A stretch of DNA of 64,000 nucleotides from Eledone cirrhosa (taxonomy: Eukaryota), in NCBI GenBank assembly GCA_964016885.1, contig OZ024742.1, forward strand, positions 228,532,001-228,596,000, given 5' to 3'. The notes under the pieces are model-generated. The model worked only from the letters and a program-made list of their open reading frames with translations. It had not been told where the DNA came from and searched no databases. This document shows, piece after piece, positions 1-10,500 of the stretch. The translations under genes and the position numbers were made by a program. Position 1 is the stretch's first letter. The number at the start of each line of letters is the position of its first letter.

Positions 1-1822
1 GATTTCTGCCATGCACAGTGGCAACATCTGCTCTAGGGTTAAAGTAAACGGCTACCTCTCGGAGCCGTTTCAAATCACCCGGTCCATCAGGCAGGGGTGC
101 CCCCTCTCCTCCCTTCTGTACGTATTGGCTCTCGAGCCACTGCTGCGGAAGTTGGAGTTGCTTTGGGGCATACCCCTGGAACCGGGATTGCACAAAGCGG
201 TCTCGGCCTATGCCGACGACGTAACAGTAATGGTGGCGGACGCCTCGGAAATCGGGGCGATCGCCACCCTACTGGAGGAATACGAAAGGCTGACGGGGGC
301 TAGGCTGAACCGGGACAAGTCAGTCGGTTTGCAACTCGGAACGTGGAGGGGCAAACCGATGCCGTGCGACGGTGTCGTCGGACGGTGGACGGAGGGCCCG
401 GTGAAGGTGCTCGGGGTTTGGTTCGGACCGGACCTCCAGGTGGAGAAGAATTGGGGCGAGGTGACGAGCAGGGTGTTTGCGCTGACCCAGAAGTGGGCCA
501 AGTGCAAACTATCGTTGAAAGGTCGGGCGGAGGTGGCGAACGCTTACATAGCGTCCGTCATCTACTACCGCCTGACCGTCGTGCCTTGCCCTAAGGAAAC
601 GCTCACCATCATGGAGCGCATGCTCTTCCAGTTCCTCTGGAAGAAGCGGCCTCCCATGGTGAGGAGATCCATCTGCTGCCAGCACCCTTCGAAAGGTGGG
701 CTGGGTATGCCGTGGCTGTTGATGCGTAGGCACGCATTGAGGCTACGGCATCTACAGGTATTCCTCACCGGTCAGCCGGTGTGGGCCCCGTTTGTGAGGC
801 GAGCCTTCCCACAGCTCGTCTCGCTCACTGAGCTGCAATCCTGGGTGAAGCAAAGACCGAGAAAACTGGGCAACTAGCACACCGAGTGTGCCCAGGCGCT
901 CACGGCTCTCTGACAAGCGGACCCGACTATCAGTGGAGAATCCACCTCGACATTCTATAGAGGGCTGGTGGCTAGCAGGGGCGACGACACCCTTGGAGAG
1001 TCGCTAGGCATGGAGGAGGACGAACTGGCCAGCCTGTTCGGTAGAACTTTCGACCCGGGACCCATGGACAACTTCCAGAGGTCCCTAGCCTGGCAGTGTT
1101 ACCGGGGGGCTCTGCCCGTTCGAGAAAAGCTCTACAGACACGGGCGCCCGGGCAGGGATCCAGCGAAAAAGATCTGTCCCAGATGCGTGCGCGACGAGGA
1201 AACCGTTGCGCATGCACTGGTACACTGCCCGGGCGTTGCCGATCTGTGGGGCTACGTCGAACGACTGCTGTCGCGTGTGGCGCCGATTCGATTAACCGCC
1301 GAGTCTGTGGTGAACATCAAGCCGCCGCCTCCCTTCAGAAACGAAGCAGAGGCGGTCTTTCTGTGCGTAATAGCCATGATGAAAGAGGTTGTGTGGTGGA
1401 CGCGCCTGAAAGGTCTGAGGTCGGGTGACTTTCTCTCCGGCCATCACCTGGTTTACTTCTTCCGATACCACTTCGGAAGAAGGATCAGGATGGAGAGAGA
1501 AGTGCTTGGCCCCAGACAGTTTTATGAAAGGTGGGTGAAAGAAGCGAGAATGGCTCGTGTAAATGGGCCTTCTCTCTACATTGTTCTGTAGGTGAAGAAG
1601 TGAAGAGGAAAGGGGGAGCGCCTCCTCTCTGGGCTTCCCCCGCGAAAAGGGTTGCACACTTTTCGGGGGTATGTGCAATCCCGAACACGCCCCCTCCCTT
1701 TTGAGGACTTTTTATTATTATATTATTATTGTTATTCCTTTTTCTTTACTCGATTTATGTAAACTCCCCCACTGTGTATTTGTCCCCTTCTTTTGTGCCC
1801 TCGTGGCAAATAAATAGAAATT
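1..1822 (+). mobile_element. Tx1-clade non-LTR retrotransposon copy A (3' part, cut by window edge); pseudogenised ORF2
   Basis: RT motifs IRQGCPLS and YADD, C-terminal CPRC..H...HC zinc knuckle; near-identical to 5729-7550; Trp codons changed to stops at 875-877 (TAG) and 911-913 (TGA); AATAAA then (TATC)n 1823-1851. Confidence 0.93.
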
Positions 1823-2053
1823 TATCTATCTATCTATCTATCTATCTATCTTGATAGAGTAAGACACGCTTCACATCGGCTCCGCTATTCCATCGGGATT
1901 TACCCTTACTATTGTAAGTACCGGATAAATTTTTCAGTGCAACACATTTGGAACACTAACCCCTGTTTTTTAGGGAAACATTTTTGCATTTACCCCCTTT
2001 TTAGGGGGTAAAATAAATATCTATTTTTGCCGAAAAATTTCTTTCTTGGCAGC

Positions 2054-3879
2054 ATGGCGGAAAAGATGGCAGACATGTCTGCCATTAGCTCTGCCACGCC
2101 CCCCAAGTCTGAAGAACAAAAAATAATTACAACAAAATTAGACAATGAAACAAACAAAGAAAATGAAAAAACAAATGTTAAGGAAAATGAGCAAACAGAA
2201 AACAAACAAACAGAAAATAATGCAAATAACAACAGGGCAACTTTCGCACAGAAAACAAAACAATCCATTACATACACACCAATTGACCTAACTGCCGCCA
2301 GAGAAAAACTGGCCGAAGCAAAGAAACACATTGTTTTGGGGGAGAACGGAATGTTTTCCATTAACTCCCCCCCAGAATTCAAGAAAGCCAGAGCAGAAAA
2401 CACAGTTCTCTACAGAACTATACTGAACCAGACGAGAAAGCCAGCACAGCCCAGCCAAATGGAAATAGAGTTAGTCCTAAAAGACTATATGAAGAATATT
2501 CTCTTCATACGAAAGGACCGACTCTATGGCAGCATTTCGGTCCTAACAAGAGACAAGGAAACGGCGGAGAAGCTTTCCTTAAGCCCACTCTCATCGACAA
2601 CATATAGCTTCTATCCCTCCTACATGGGTAGAAGAACACAGAGAGTAAAAGTAAAAACAATGCTGCCCACAATGGACTTCTGGTGGGCTATTGCTGGCTT
2701 CATTGATATGGGCGAAGACACTATGCTGTCAATGGGGAAGGCAACTGGAGATGCGTTCCTGGGAATGGGCCTCGACATACTAGTCCAAATGAGGCCCGAA
2801 AGAATAGCACAAATCCCGGATCGCATCTGGCTGGATGACCTTACCCCAATAGACATAATTGTAGAGGGGAGAAGACCAGCATGCTATTTATGCATGGAAA
2901 GGGGACACGTTAAGGCTAACTGCCCGAAACGTATCCCCCAAAAAGGACTATTGCCCACACCCACCACAAACAGTACACCAACACCACCCACCTCCAAAAA
3001 TACACTAATACCACACACAGCAAACAAAATACAGACACCACCAACCACAAACACAACACAAACATCACCACCACCAGCACCAAACACAAGCACGACACAA
3101 AAACCACCACCACCAACCACAACACAAACACCTCCATCACCAACCACAAGCACGACACAAACATTACCACCACCACCACAAAACCCATTCCAAACAAATA
3201 ATAAAAAAAACAGTAACAAATCTACCCCTCCCGCAAAAAAAAACAACCACACAACACGTCCCTCCCACCTAGCGCTGAAGAGTTCCCCCCAACTTCTGAA
3301 GAAGAAGGAGGAGAAGCCTTCAGACAAGTTAAAAGAAAAAAAAGAAAACACACACCCAGCACACCACAAATAACCCACACACAAACACCAACTCCAATCA
3401 AAAACACCCCACCCTCAACAAACAAAAATAAATCTGCGCCTCCCCTCTCCGAAACATTGACAGCATCACAAAAAAAGACGTTGCAATACACATATATAAA
3501 TAAAGAAAACAAAAAACTGGTTAAATTAATAAACAATAACCCTATGGTGCAGACCGAAGGGCCAAACTTTATCTCAACAGAGAACTTCACCCATTTAAAA
3601 ATGATAAAGGTCCCTCTGGACCTTTATCGTTCCTTAAAAGAACAATTTAGACGGGACGTGAGCCCCCCCTGTTTAAAACCGTTAAATCGCGTCCTCTTGA
3701 AAGATTTCCCCATAACCGCCCCTCTCCCTGACACAACTCCAAATACCCCAACCCCACCACACACGTGTACCCCCACACCACCACAAAACATCCCTCCACC
3801 CAACACACCTGATGCCATGGAAATTACGCAACCCGGAGAGGTAAGTGCTTTTCTTTCTTCACTTTCAACACCAAAATAG
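2054..3879 (+). pseudogene. Tx1 copy B ORF1 (Gag-like nucleic-acid-binding protein) with one frameshift at about 3202-3245
   Basis: ATG at 2054; CYLCMERGHVKANC knuckle; P/T-rich linker; homology to copy E continues in the -1 frame (PHNTSLPPSAEEFPPTSEEEG...YTYIN...NRVLLK) after A8/A9 runs. Confidence 0.85.
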
Positions 3880-6800
3880 ATCAATTGAGAGTTGGCTATT
3901 TGAACGCGCGTGGCCTGGGCTCAGCTTGGAAGCAAGCAAAGCTTCTAAGTGACCTCAGGTCACAAAGTATAGATGTGATGGTTGTTTGCGAGAGTCGGAT
4001 CAGCAGCGTGAGACAGCTGGCGCCCGCCTTCAATGACTTTGAGATGCACGCATCTCTCTGTCAACCCGGAGGCGGGGGGGGGGGGGGAGTTGCCGTACTG
4101 CTGGATAAACGTCTGACTCTCGACGTACAGATTGTTCACTCGGACCCGGGGGGTCGATTACTGGTGCTGGACGTCGAAGGCGGTGAAGGCGGGGCTTTCA
4201 GACTGGTCGGTCTTTATGCTCCCATCGGGGCGGAAAGAGCCGACTTCTTCCAGCGTCTGGAGACTTTTCTGGGAACGTCGCGTTCCCTGCTTTTAGTGGG
4301 GGACTGGAATGGAATCCTAGATGCGCGTTGGGACTATGCAGGGGCATGTCCCGATAGAGGGGGGTGTAGCAGCCTCAAGGGGTTACTCGATCGATTCGAC
4401 CTGGTCGATAGATTTCGACTAGATTGTCCAACTGCGCCAACCTGGACCTGGGCAAACCGCAGTGGACAATCTAGATCGTACCTAGATAGGTTTTTGGTTA
4501 GGAGTAAGGATAGGGACGTATTTAGTTGTCCAGAACTGATCATGGTTGGCTATTCAGATCACAAATTAGTGACCTGCGAGGTCAACCTTGATAGAACGCA
4601 TAGACAGGGTCCCGGTTACTGGAAGATGAACTTGTCCTTACCGACAAAGAAAGATTACAGAAACCGGATTAGTAGCTTAGTTAAGATGCGGTTGACGGGA
4701 GCGATCATCAACAGTAGGTGGTGGATATCTCTAAAGAGAGAGATTAGAGTAAGTTCGATAGGTTACAGTAAGGAACTAGCGGCGAATAGAAATAGGAGGG
4801 AAAGGGAGTTAACAGATAAACTAGAAGAGGCGATTAGGAGCGGAGACGTAGCCAGAGTGTTAGCGACGAGAACGGCATTGAGCCAGTTCTTTGACGCGAA
4901 GCACGAAGGCTGCGTTGTCCGAAGTAAAATACGTGCTTTAGGAAACGAGGGGACCAAAGCTGTTAGCTGGGCCCGCGTGACAGAAGCCAAGAGTGGGATT
5001 AAATCCACCATTCGGTCTTTGCGAGACCAGGATGGACGGGTGATCCTTGAACCTGAGCGAATGTGCGAGACCTTTCAAAGGCACTTTGCTCGACTGTTCG
5101 GAGGTGGCGGGGGGCCGGACGGGGATGTGGACTTCGGTCCATACCTCGACGGTCTACCGCGTCTTTCGAGCGGCGAAGCGGAGTGCTGCGAAAGGCCAAT
5201 CACAGCCACTGAAATCGGGGAAGCGCTCAGCCAATGCAGCAGACGCAAATCCCCGGGTCTCGATGGTCTACCATACGAACTTTATTTAGCTATGCCGGTC
5301 TTGTTCTCCGAACTCCTCGAGGCTGTCTATTGCAACTGGCAACAGAACGGGAGAATTCCCTGTTCTGTGACCAAGGGCGTGGTCACGCTAGTGAGGAAGG
5401 ACGAGAGCAAGGGGGACGACTTAAGTAACTTTAGGCCCATAACTCTGCTGAATGCAGAGTTACAGATTTTGGCCAAGGTGTTGGCGAAGAGGTTGGCGCT
5501 TGTGGTGGGTGGTTTGGTGGGAGACGCGCAGACATGCGCTATCCCGTCCAGGTCCATTCACGACAACCTCCACCTCATGCGATACATCATAGAGAGGGTT
5601 GGCTACGAACCCGGCTTTGGTGGGGCTCTGATCAACTTGGATCAATCTAAGGCGTTCGATAGGGTCGACCATGGTTACCTGGATGCGGTGCTAGCGGCGG
5701 CGGGCTTCGGACCCGTTTTCAGGGGCTGGATTTCTGCCATGCACAGTGTCAACATCTACTCTAGGATTAAAGTAAACGGCTACCTCTCGGAGCCGTTTCA
5801 AATCACCCGATCCATCAGACAGGGGTGCCCCCTCTCCTCCCTTCTGTACGTATTGACTCTCGAGCCACTGCTGCGGAAGTTGGAGTTGCTGCGGGGCATA
5901 CCCCTGGAACCGGGATTGCACAAAGCGGTCTCGGCCTATGCCGAGGACGTAACAGTAATGGTGGCGGACGCCTCGGAAATCGGGGCGATCGCCACCCTAC
6001 TGGAGGAATACGAAAGGCTGACGGGGGCTAAGCTGAACCAGGACAAGTCAGTCGGTTTGCAACTCGGAACGTGGAGGGGCAAACCGATGCCGTTAGACGG
6101 TGTCGTCGGGCGGTGGACGGAGGGCCCGGTGAAGCTGCTCGGGGTCTGGTTCGGACCGGACCTCCAGGTGGAGAAGAATTGGGGCGAGGTGACGAGCAGG
6201 GTGTTTGCGCTGACCCAGAAGTGGGCCAAGTGCAAACTATCACTGAAAGGTCGGGCGGAGGTGACGAACACTTACATAGCGTCCGTCATCTACTACCGCC
6301 TGACCGTCGTGCCTTGCCCCAAGGAAAAGCTCACCATCATGGAACGCATGCTCTTCCAGTTCCTCTGGAAGAAGCGGCCTCCCATGGTGAGGAGATCCAT
6401 CTGCTGCCAGCACCCTTCGAAAGGAGGGCTGGGTATGCCGTGGCTGTTGATGCGTAGGCACGCATTGAGGCTACGGCATCTACAGGTATTCCTCAACGGT
6501 CAGCCGGTGTGGGCCCCGTTTGTGAGGCGAGCCTTCCCACAGCTCGTCTCGCTCACCGAACTGCAATACTGGGTGAAGCAAAGACCGAGAAAACTGGGCA
6601 ACTGGCACACCGAGTGTGCCCAGGCGCTCACGGCTATCTGGCAAGCGGACCCGACTGTCAGTGGAGAATCCACCTCGACATTCTATAGAGGGTTGGTGGC
6701 TAGCAGGAGCGACGACACCCTTGGAGAGTCGCTAGGCATGGAGGAGGACGAACTGGCCAGCCTGTTCGGTAGAACTTTCGGCCCGGGACCCATGGACAAC

Positions 6801-7319
6801 TTCCAGAGGTCCCTAGCCTGGCAGTGTTACCGGGGGGCTCTGCCCGTTCGAGAAAAGCTCTACAGACACGGGCGCCCGGGCAGGGATCCCGCGAAAAAGA
6901 TCTGTCCCAGATGCGTGCGCGACGAGGAAACCGTTGCGCATGCACTGGTACACTGCCCGGGCGTTGCCGATCTGTGGGGCTACGTCGAACGACTGCTGTC
7001 GCGTGTGGCGCCGATTCGATTAACCGCCGAGTCTGTGGTGAACATCAAGCCGCCTCCTCCCTTCAGAAATGAAGCAGAGGCGGTCTTTCTGTGCGTAATA
7101 GCCATGATGAAAGAGGTTGTGTGGTGGACGCGCCTGAAAGGTCTGAGGTCGGGTGACTTTCTCTCCGGCCATCACCTGGTTTACTTCTTCCGATACCACT
7201 TCGGAAGAAGAATCAGGATGGAGAGAGAAGTGCTTGGTCCCAGACAGTTTTATGAAAGGTGGGTGAAAGAAGCGAGAATGGCCCGTGTAAATGGGCCTTC
7301 TCTCTACATTGTTCTGTAG
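3876..7319 (+). CDS. Tx1 copy B ORF2: APE endonuclease, reverse transcriptase, CCHC; uninterrupted but probably inactive
   Basis: APE motifs NARG, CESR, YAP, GDWN, SYLDR, SDH; RT motifs SPGLDGL, FRPITLLN, DQSKAFDRV, QGCPLS; catalytic YADD reads YAED (5937-5948); start codon is ATA where copies C and E have ATG. Confidence 0.93.
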   Translation: MDQLRVGYLNARGLGSAWKQAKLLSDLRSQSIDVMVVCESRISSVRQLAPAFNDFEMHASLCQPGGGGGGGVAVLLDKRLTLDVQIVHSDPGGRLLVLDVEGGEGGAFRLVGLYAPIGAERADFFQRLETFLGTSRSLLLVGDWNGILDARWDYAGACPDRGGCSSLKGLLDRFDLVDRFRLDCPTAPTWTWANRSGQSRSYLDRFLVRSKDRDVFSCPELIMVGYSDHKLVTCEVNLDRTHRQGPGYWKMNLSLPTKKDYRNRISSLVKMRLTGAIINSRWWISLKREIRVSSIGYSKELAANRNRRERELTDKLEEAIRSGDVARVLATRTALSQFFDAKHEGCVVRSKIRALGNEGTKAVSWARVTEAKSGIKSTIRSLRDQDGRVILEPERMCETFQRHFARLFGGGGGPDGDVDFGPYLDGLPRLSSGEAECCERPITATEIGEALSQCSRRKSPGLDGLPYELYLAMPVLFSELLEAVYCNWQQNGRIPCSVTKGVVTLVRKDESKGDDLSNFRPITLLNAELQILAKVLAKRLALVVGGLVGDAQTCAIPSRSIHDNLHLMRYIIERVGYEPGFGGALINLDQSKAFDRVDHGYLDAVLAAAGFGPVFRGWISAMHSVNIYSRIKVNGYLSEPFQITRSIRQGCPLSSLLYVLTLEPLLRKLELLRGIPLEPGLHKAVSAYAEDVTVMVADASEIGAIATLLEEYERLTGAKLNQDKSVGLQLGTWRGKPMPLDGVVGRWTEGPVKLLGVWFGPDLQVEKNWGEVTSRVFALTQKWAKCKLSLKGRAEVTNTYIASVIYYRLTVVPCPKEKLTIMERMLFQFLWKKRPPMVRRSICCQHPSKGGLGMPWLLMRRHALRLRHLQVFLNGQPVWAPFVRRAFPQLVSLTELQYWVKQRPRKLGNWHTECAQALTAIWQADPTVSGESTSTFYRGLVASRSDDTLGESLGMEEDELASLFGRTFGPGPMDNFQRSLAWQCYRGALPVREKLYRHGRPGRDPAKKICPRCVRDEETVAHALVHCPGVADLWGYVERLLSRVAPIRLTAESVVNIKPPPPFRNEAEAVFLCVIAMMKEVVWWTRLKGLRSGDFLSGHHLVYFFRYHFGRRIRMEREVLGPRQFYERWVKEARMARVNGPSLYIVL

Positions 7320-7564
7320 GTGAAGAAGTGAAGAGGAAAGGGGGAGCGCCTCCTCTCTGGGCTTCCCCCGCGAAAAGAGTTGCACACTTTTCGGGGGTAT
7401 GTGCAATCCCCAACACGCCCCCTCCCTTTTGAGGACTTTTTATTGTTATATTATTATTGTTATTCCTTTTTTCTTTACTCGATTTATGTAAACTCCCCCA
7501 CTGTGTAAATGTCCCCTTCTTTTGTGCCCTCGTGGCAAATAAATAGAAATTTATCTATCTATCT

Positions 7565-10500
7565 AGTCTGAGATAGAGGAAGTTGTGTGCCAGTCGCGCT
7601 GGTAAGTTTTTGTCATCTTACTTATAAACAACAAAAAGTATTGTTTTAAAAAATATACCACTATATAGATTGACCCTCCGACTAAATTGTCAGTGGGTGG
7701 GTCATTGAAATTTTCATAAAAATTTACAACAAATTGTTTTAACTATGAATGATAAAATTGAAGCGCTTCCCGCCATAAGTGGAAATGAAAGCGTTGAAAA
7801 CAATGTCACTATGGCAACAGGTAGTGACCGAGATAAATCACACCAAGTATGGAAACACATACGGCACAAAAAAATATTGAATAAGAAAAAACACAACTTC
7901 ACAAATGAACTCCACAACCACAAATCAAGCAATTGAGAACAACAAAAACAACGACAACAATGACAACAACAGCAACCATAAAAAAATCTTTTGCCACAAT
8001 AAGCAAAGGAACTTTTACAAATATTGATATTTCCAATGCAAAGGAAATGATCAATGAAGGAAAAAAATATATTACCTTCGAGGAAAAAGGGGGATTTAAA
8101 ATAACCTCTCTGCCACAAGTCAAAGCCGAAACTATGCGAAGGACTGTGATTTTTCGCACGATTTTGAATAAACAAAAAAAAACCGGCTTTCCTTACTCAA
8201 GGCGAAATTTAAATCGTCTTGAAAGAGGCAATGCCGGAAATACAATACATACAAAGGGCTAAACTGTATGGAAGCATTTCGGTGCTCTTCAAAAGTGAGG
8301 CCCTTGCGAAAAAATACTCAGTGACCCCGGTCACCTCTGCCACACACACCTTTTTCCCTACATACATGGGAAAAAGAACACAAAGAATAAACATTACCAA
8401 TATACCACCCAACATTAACATCTGGTGGATTCTGGCAGGGTTCTTGGAGGAAGATGAAGACACAAAACTGTCGATTCAAAAATCCACAAGAAACACCTGG
8501 AACGGCACAAGCCTGGAAATTTTGGTCCAAATGAAACCGGACAGAATTTCCAAGATACCAGAAAGGGTGCCAGTAGACAATACCAATTACATTCACATTT
8601 CGGCAGATGGGAGGAAGCGACATTGTTTTAAATGCGCGAGCACATCGCATTTAAAGGCCTCCTGTCCCCTCTTACGAACAAACACCACCACCCCCACAAA
8701 AGTACTTTTACCAACACCAACTCCAAAACCACCACAACAACAACAACAACACACAAAGCAAGCAAACTCACGAAAACAAACAACTGTTAACCCACAAACA
8801 ACAGAAAAAACACAAACAATTCCCCTGAAAAACACTGTCCCACCCCATCCCACTCCATCCAACACTACCACAATCACACACACAAACACACCATCACCAC
8901 ACAACATACCCCTCCCACACGCCCCTGATGACGATTCATCACCAGACGAGGCTACTTCTCCATCCCCAAGTGAAGATGAAGGAGAGCCTCGTAAATAAAA
9001 AACACAAAAAAAAGAGACACAACAAAGCCACAAAAACAACAATCACCAACACAAACACACAACCACCAATACAAATAACAACACAAACACCACCATAATC
9101 TAACCCCCCCCCCCCATCAGAAAAACAAACACCAACACTACCCCAAACACAAATGCCCACCATAAAAAGAAAACTACAAAATGAACAACAAACCAAAACA
9201 ACACAACAAAAAAAACAAACAACAATACACATACATTAACACAAACAAAAACCTAATGGAGGTCATCTCCCAAAACCCCAAAGTAGAAACTGAGGGGAAA
9301 ACTTTTGTAAAAGCAAACTCTCAACCACACCTAAAACTGATAAGGGTTTCGATAGAGACCTATCAGACATTGAAAGAAAAGTTTTCACAGGACGTTGGCA
9401 ACCCCTGCCAAAAACCAATAAACCGTGTCCTGTTGAAATGTTTGCCATCCCACTCAACACCCCCACCAGAACTGAAATGGAGATTGAACAACCCGATCTC
9501 CAGGAAATGAAAAGGTAAGTGCAACTTTACGTCCTTTTTGCCAACCCTTCTCCACCAACATGGCTGACTTACGAGTTGGAAGCGCGAATGTGCGTGGCCT
9601 AGGGATGCCCTGGAAACAGGGCCAACTTTTAAACGACCTTAGGTCACACGGTATAGATGTAATAGCCATCACCGAGTCCAGGATCCACAACAGGCAGCAA
9701 CTAACCCCCATCTTCAATGTCTTTGAGATCTACGCATCTCTCTGTCAGCCGGGAGGTGGAGGGGGAGTGACTATCATGTTTCGGAAAAACCTGGATCTCG
9801 AAGTACAGCAAGTACACTTGGACCCGGAAGGTAGACTGGTAGTCCTAGACGTAAACAGTATTGGAGGTGGAGCCTTCAGACTGGTGGCCGTTTATGCCCC
9901 GACCGGACAATCACAATCGCGGCCAGACTTCTTTAAGCGCCTGGAGTCTTTTCTGGGAACGTCTCGCTCCTTGCTTTTAGTGGGGGACTGGAATAGTATC
10001 CTAGATGCACGATGGGACTATGTGGGAGCATGTCCCATTAGAGCGAGGTGCAACAGCCTCAAAAATCTATTCGGCCAATTCCAACTGGCCGATAGATATC
10101 GACTAGATTTCCAAACTGCACCACAGTGGACATGGGCAAATCGCAGCGGGACATCTAGATCGTATCTATATAGGTTTTTCATTAGAGAAAAGGACAAGAA
10201 GATGTTAAGCTATCAACAAATGCACATGGTTGCCTATTCAGATCACAAACTAGTCGTCTGCATAGTCAACCGTGATAGAATACATAGACAAGGACCTGGA
10301 TACTGGAAGCTGAACGTGTCGTTGCCGGCACGAAAAGCTTACAGTGAACGGATAAGTAGATTAGTTAAGCAAGAGTTAACGGGTGCCATCGTCAACAATA
10401 GATGGTGGTACTCTCTCAAGAGAGCAATTAGAGTAGAATCGATAGGGTTTAACAGAGAATTAGCTTTAGAGAAAAACAAATCAGAAACAGAACTAGTAGC

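Larger units (their letters stand above)
1852..7552 (+). mobile_element. Tx1-clade non-LTR retrotransposon copy B, full length (5'UTR, ORF1, ORF2, 3'UTR)
   Basis: Bounded by (TATC)n on both sides; ORF1 with CCHC knuckle, ORF2 with APE-RT-CCHC; AATAAA just before the tail. Confidence 0.95.

Noticed and set aside
875-913. Clustered TGG>TAG/TGA changes suggesting deaminase hypermutation
   Set aside because: Too few events, and stops are an ascertainment-biased sample.
3202-3245. A AAA AAC slippery sites as a programmed -1 frameshift in Tx1 ORF1
   Set aside because: Copy E reads through the equivalent region in one frame; a homopolymer indel or sequencing error is simpler.
2884-3590. Antisense ORFs over Tx1 ORF1 linkers (ORF0-like)
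   Set aside because: Stop-poor by composition (GT-rich antisense) and not conserved in sequence among families.
7596-7610. GTAAG donor-like motifs near Tx1 5' ends (1914, 7602, 15646)
   Set aside because: Only C has a good exonic context and no consistent acceptor was found.
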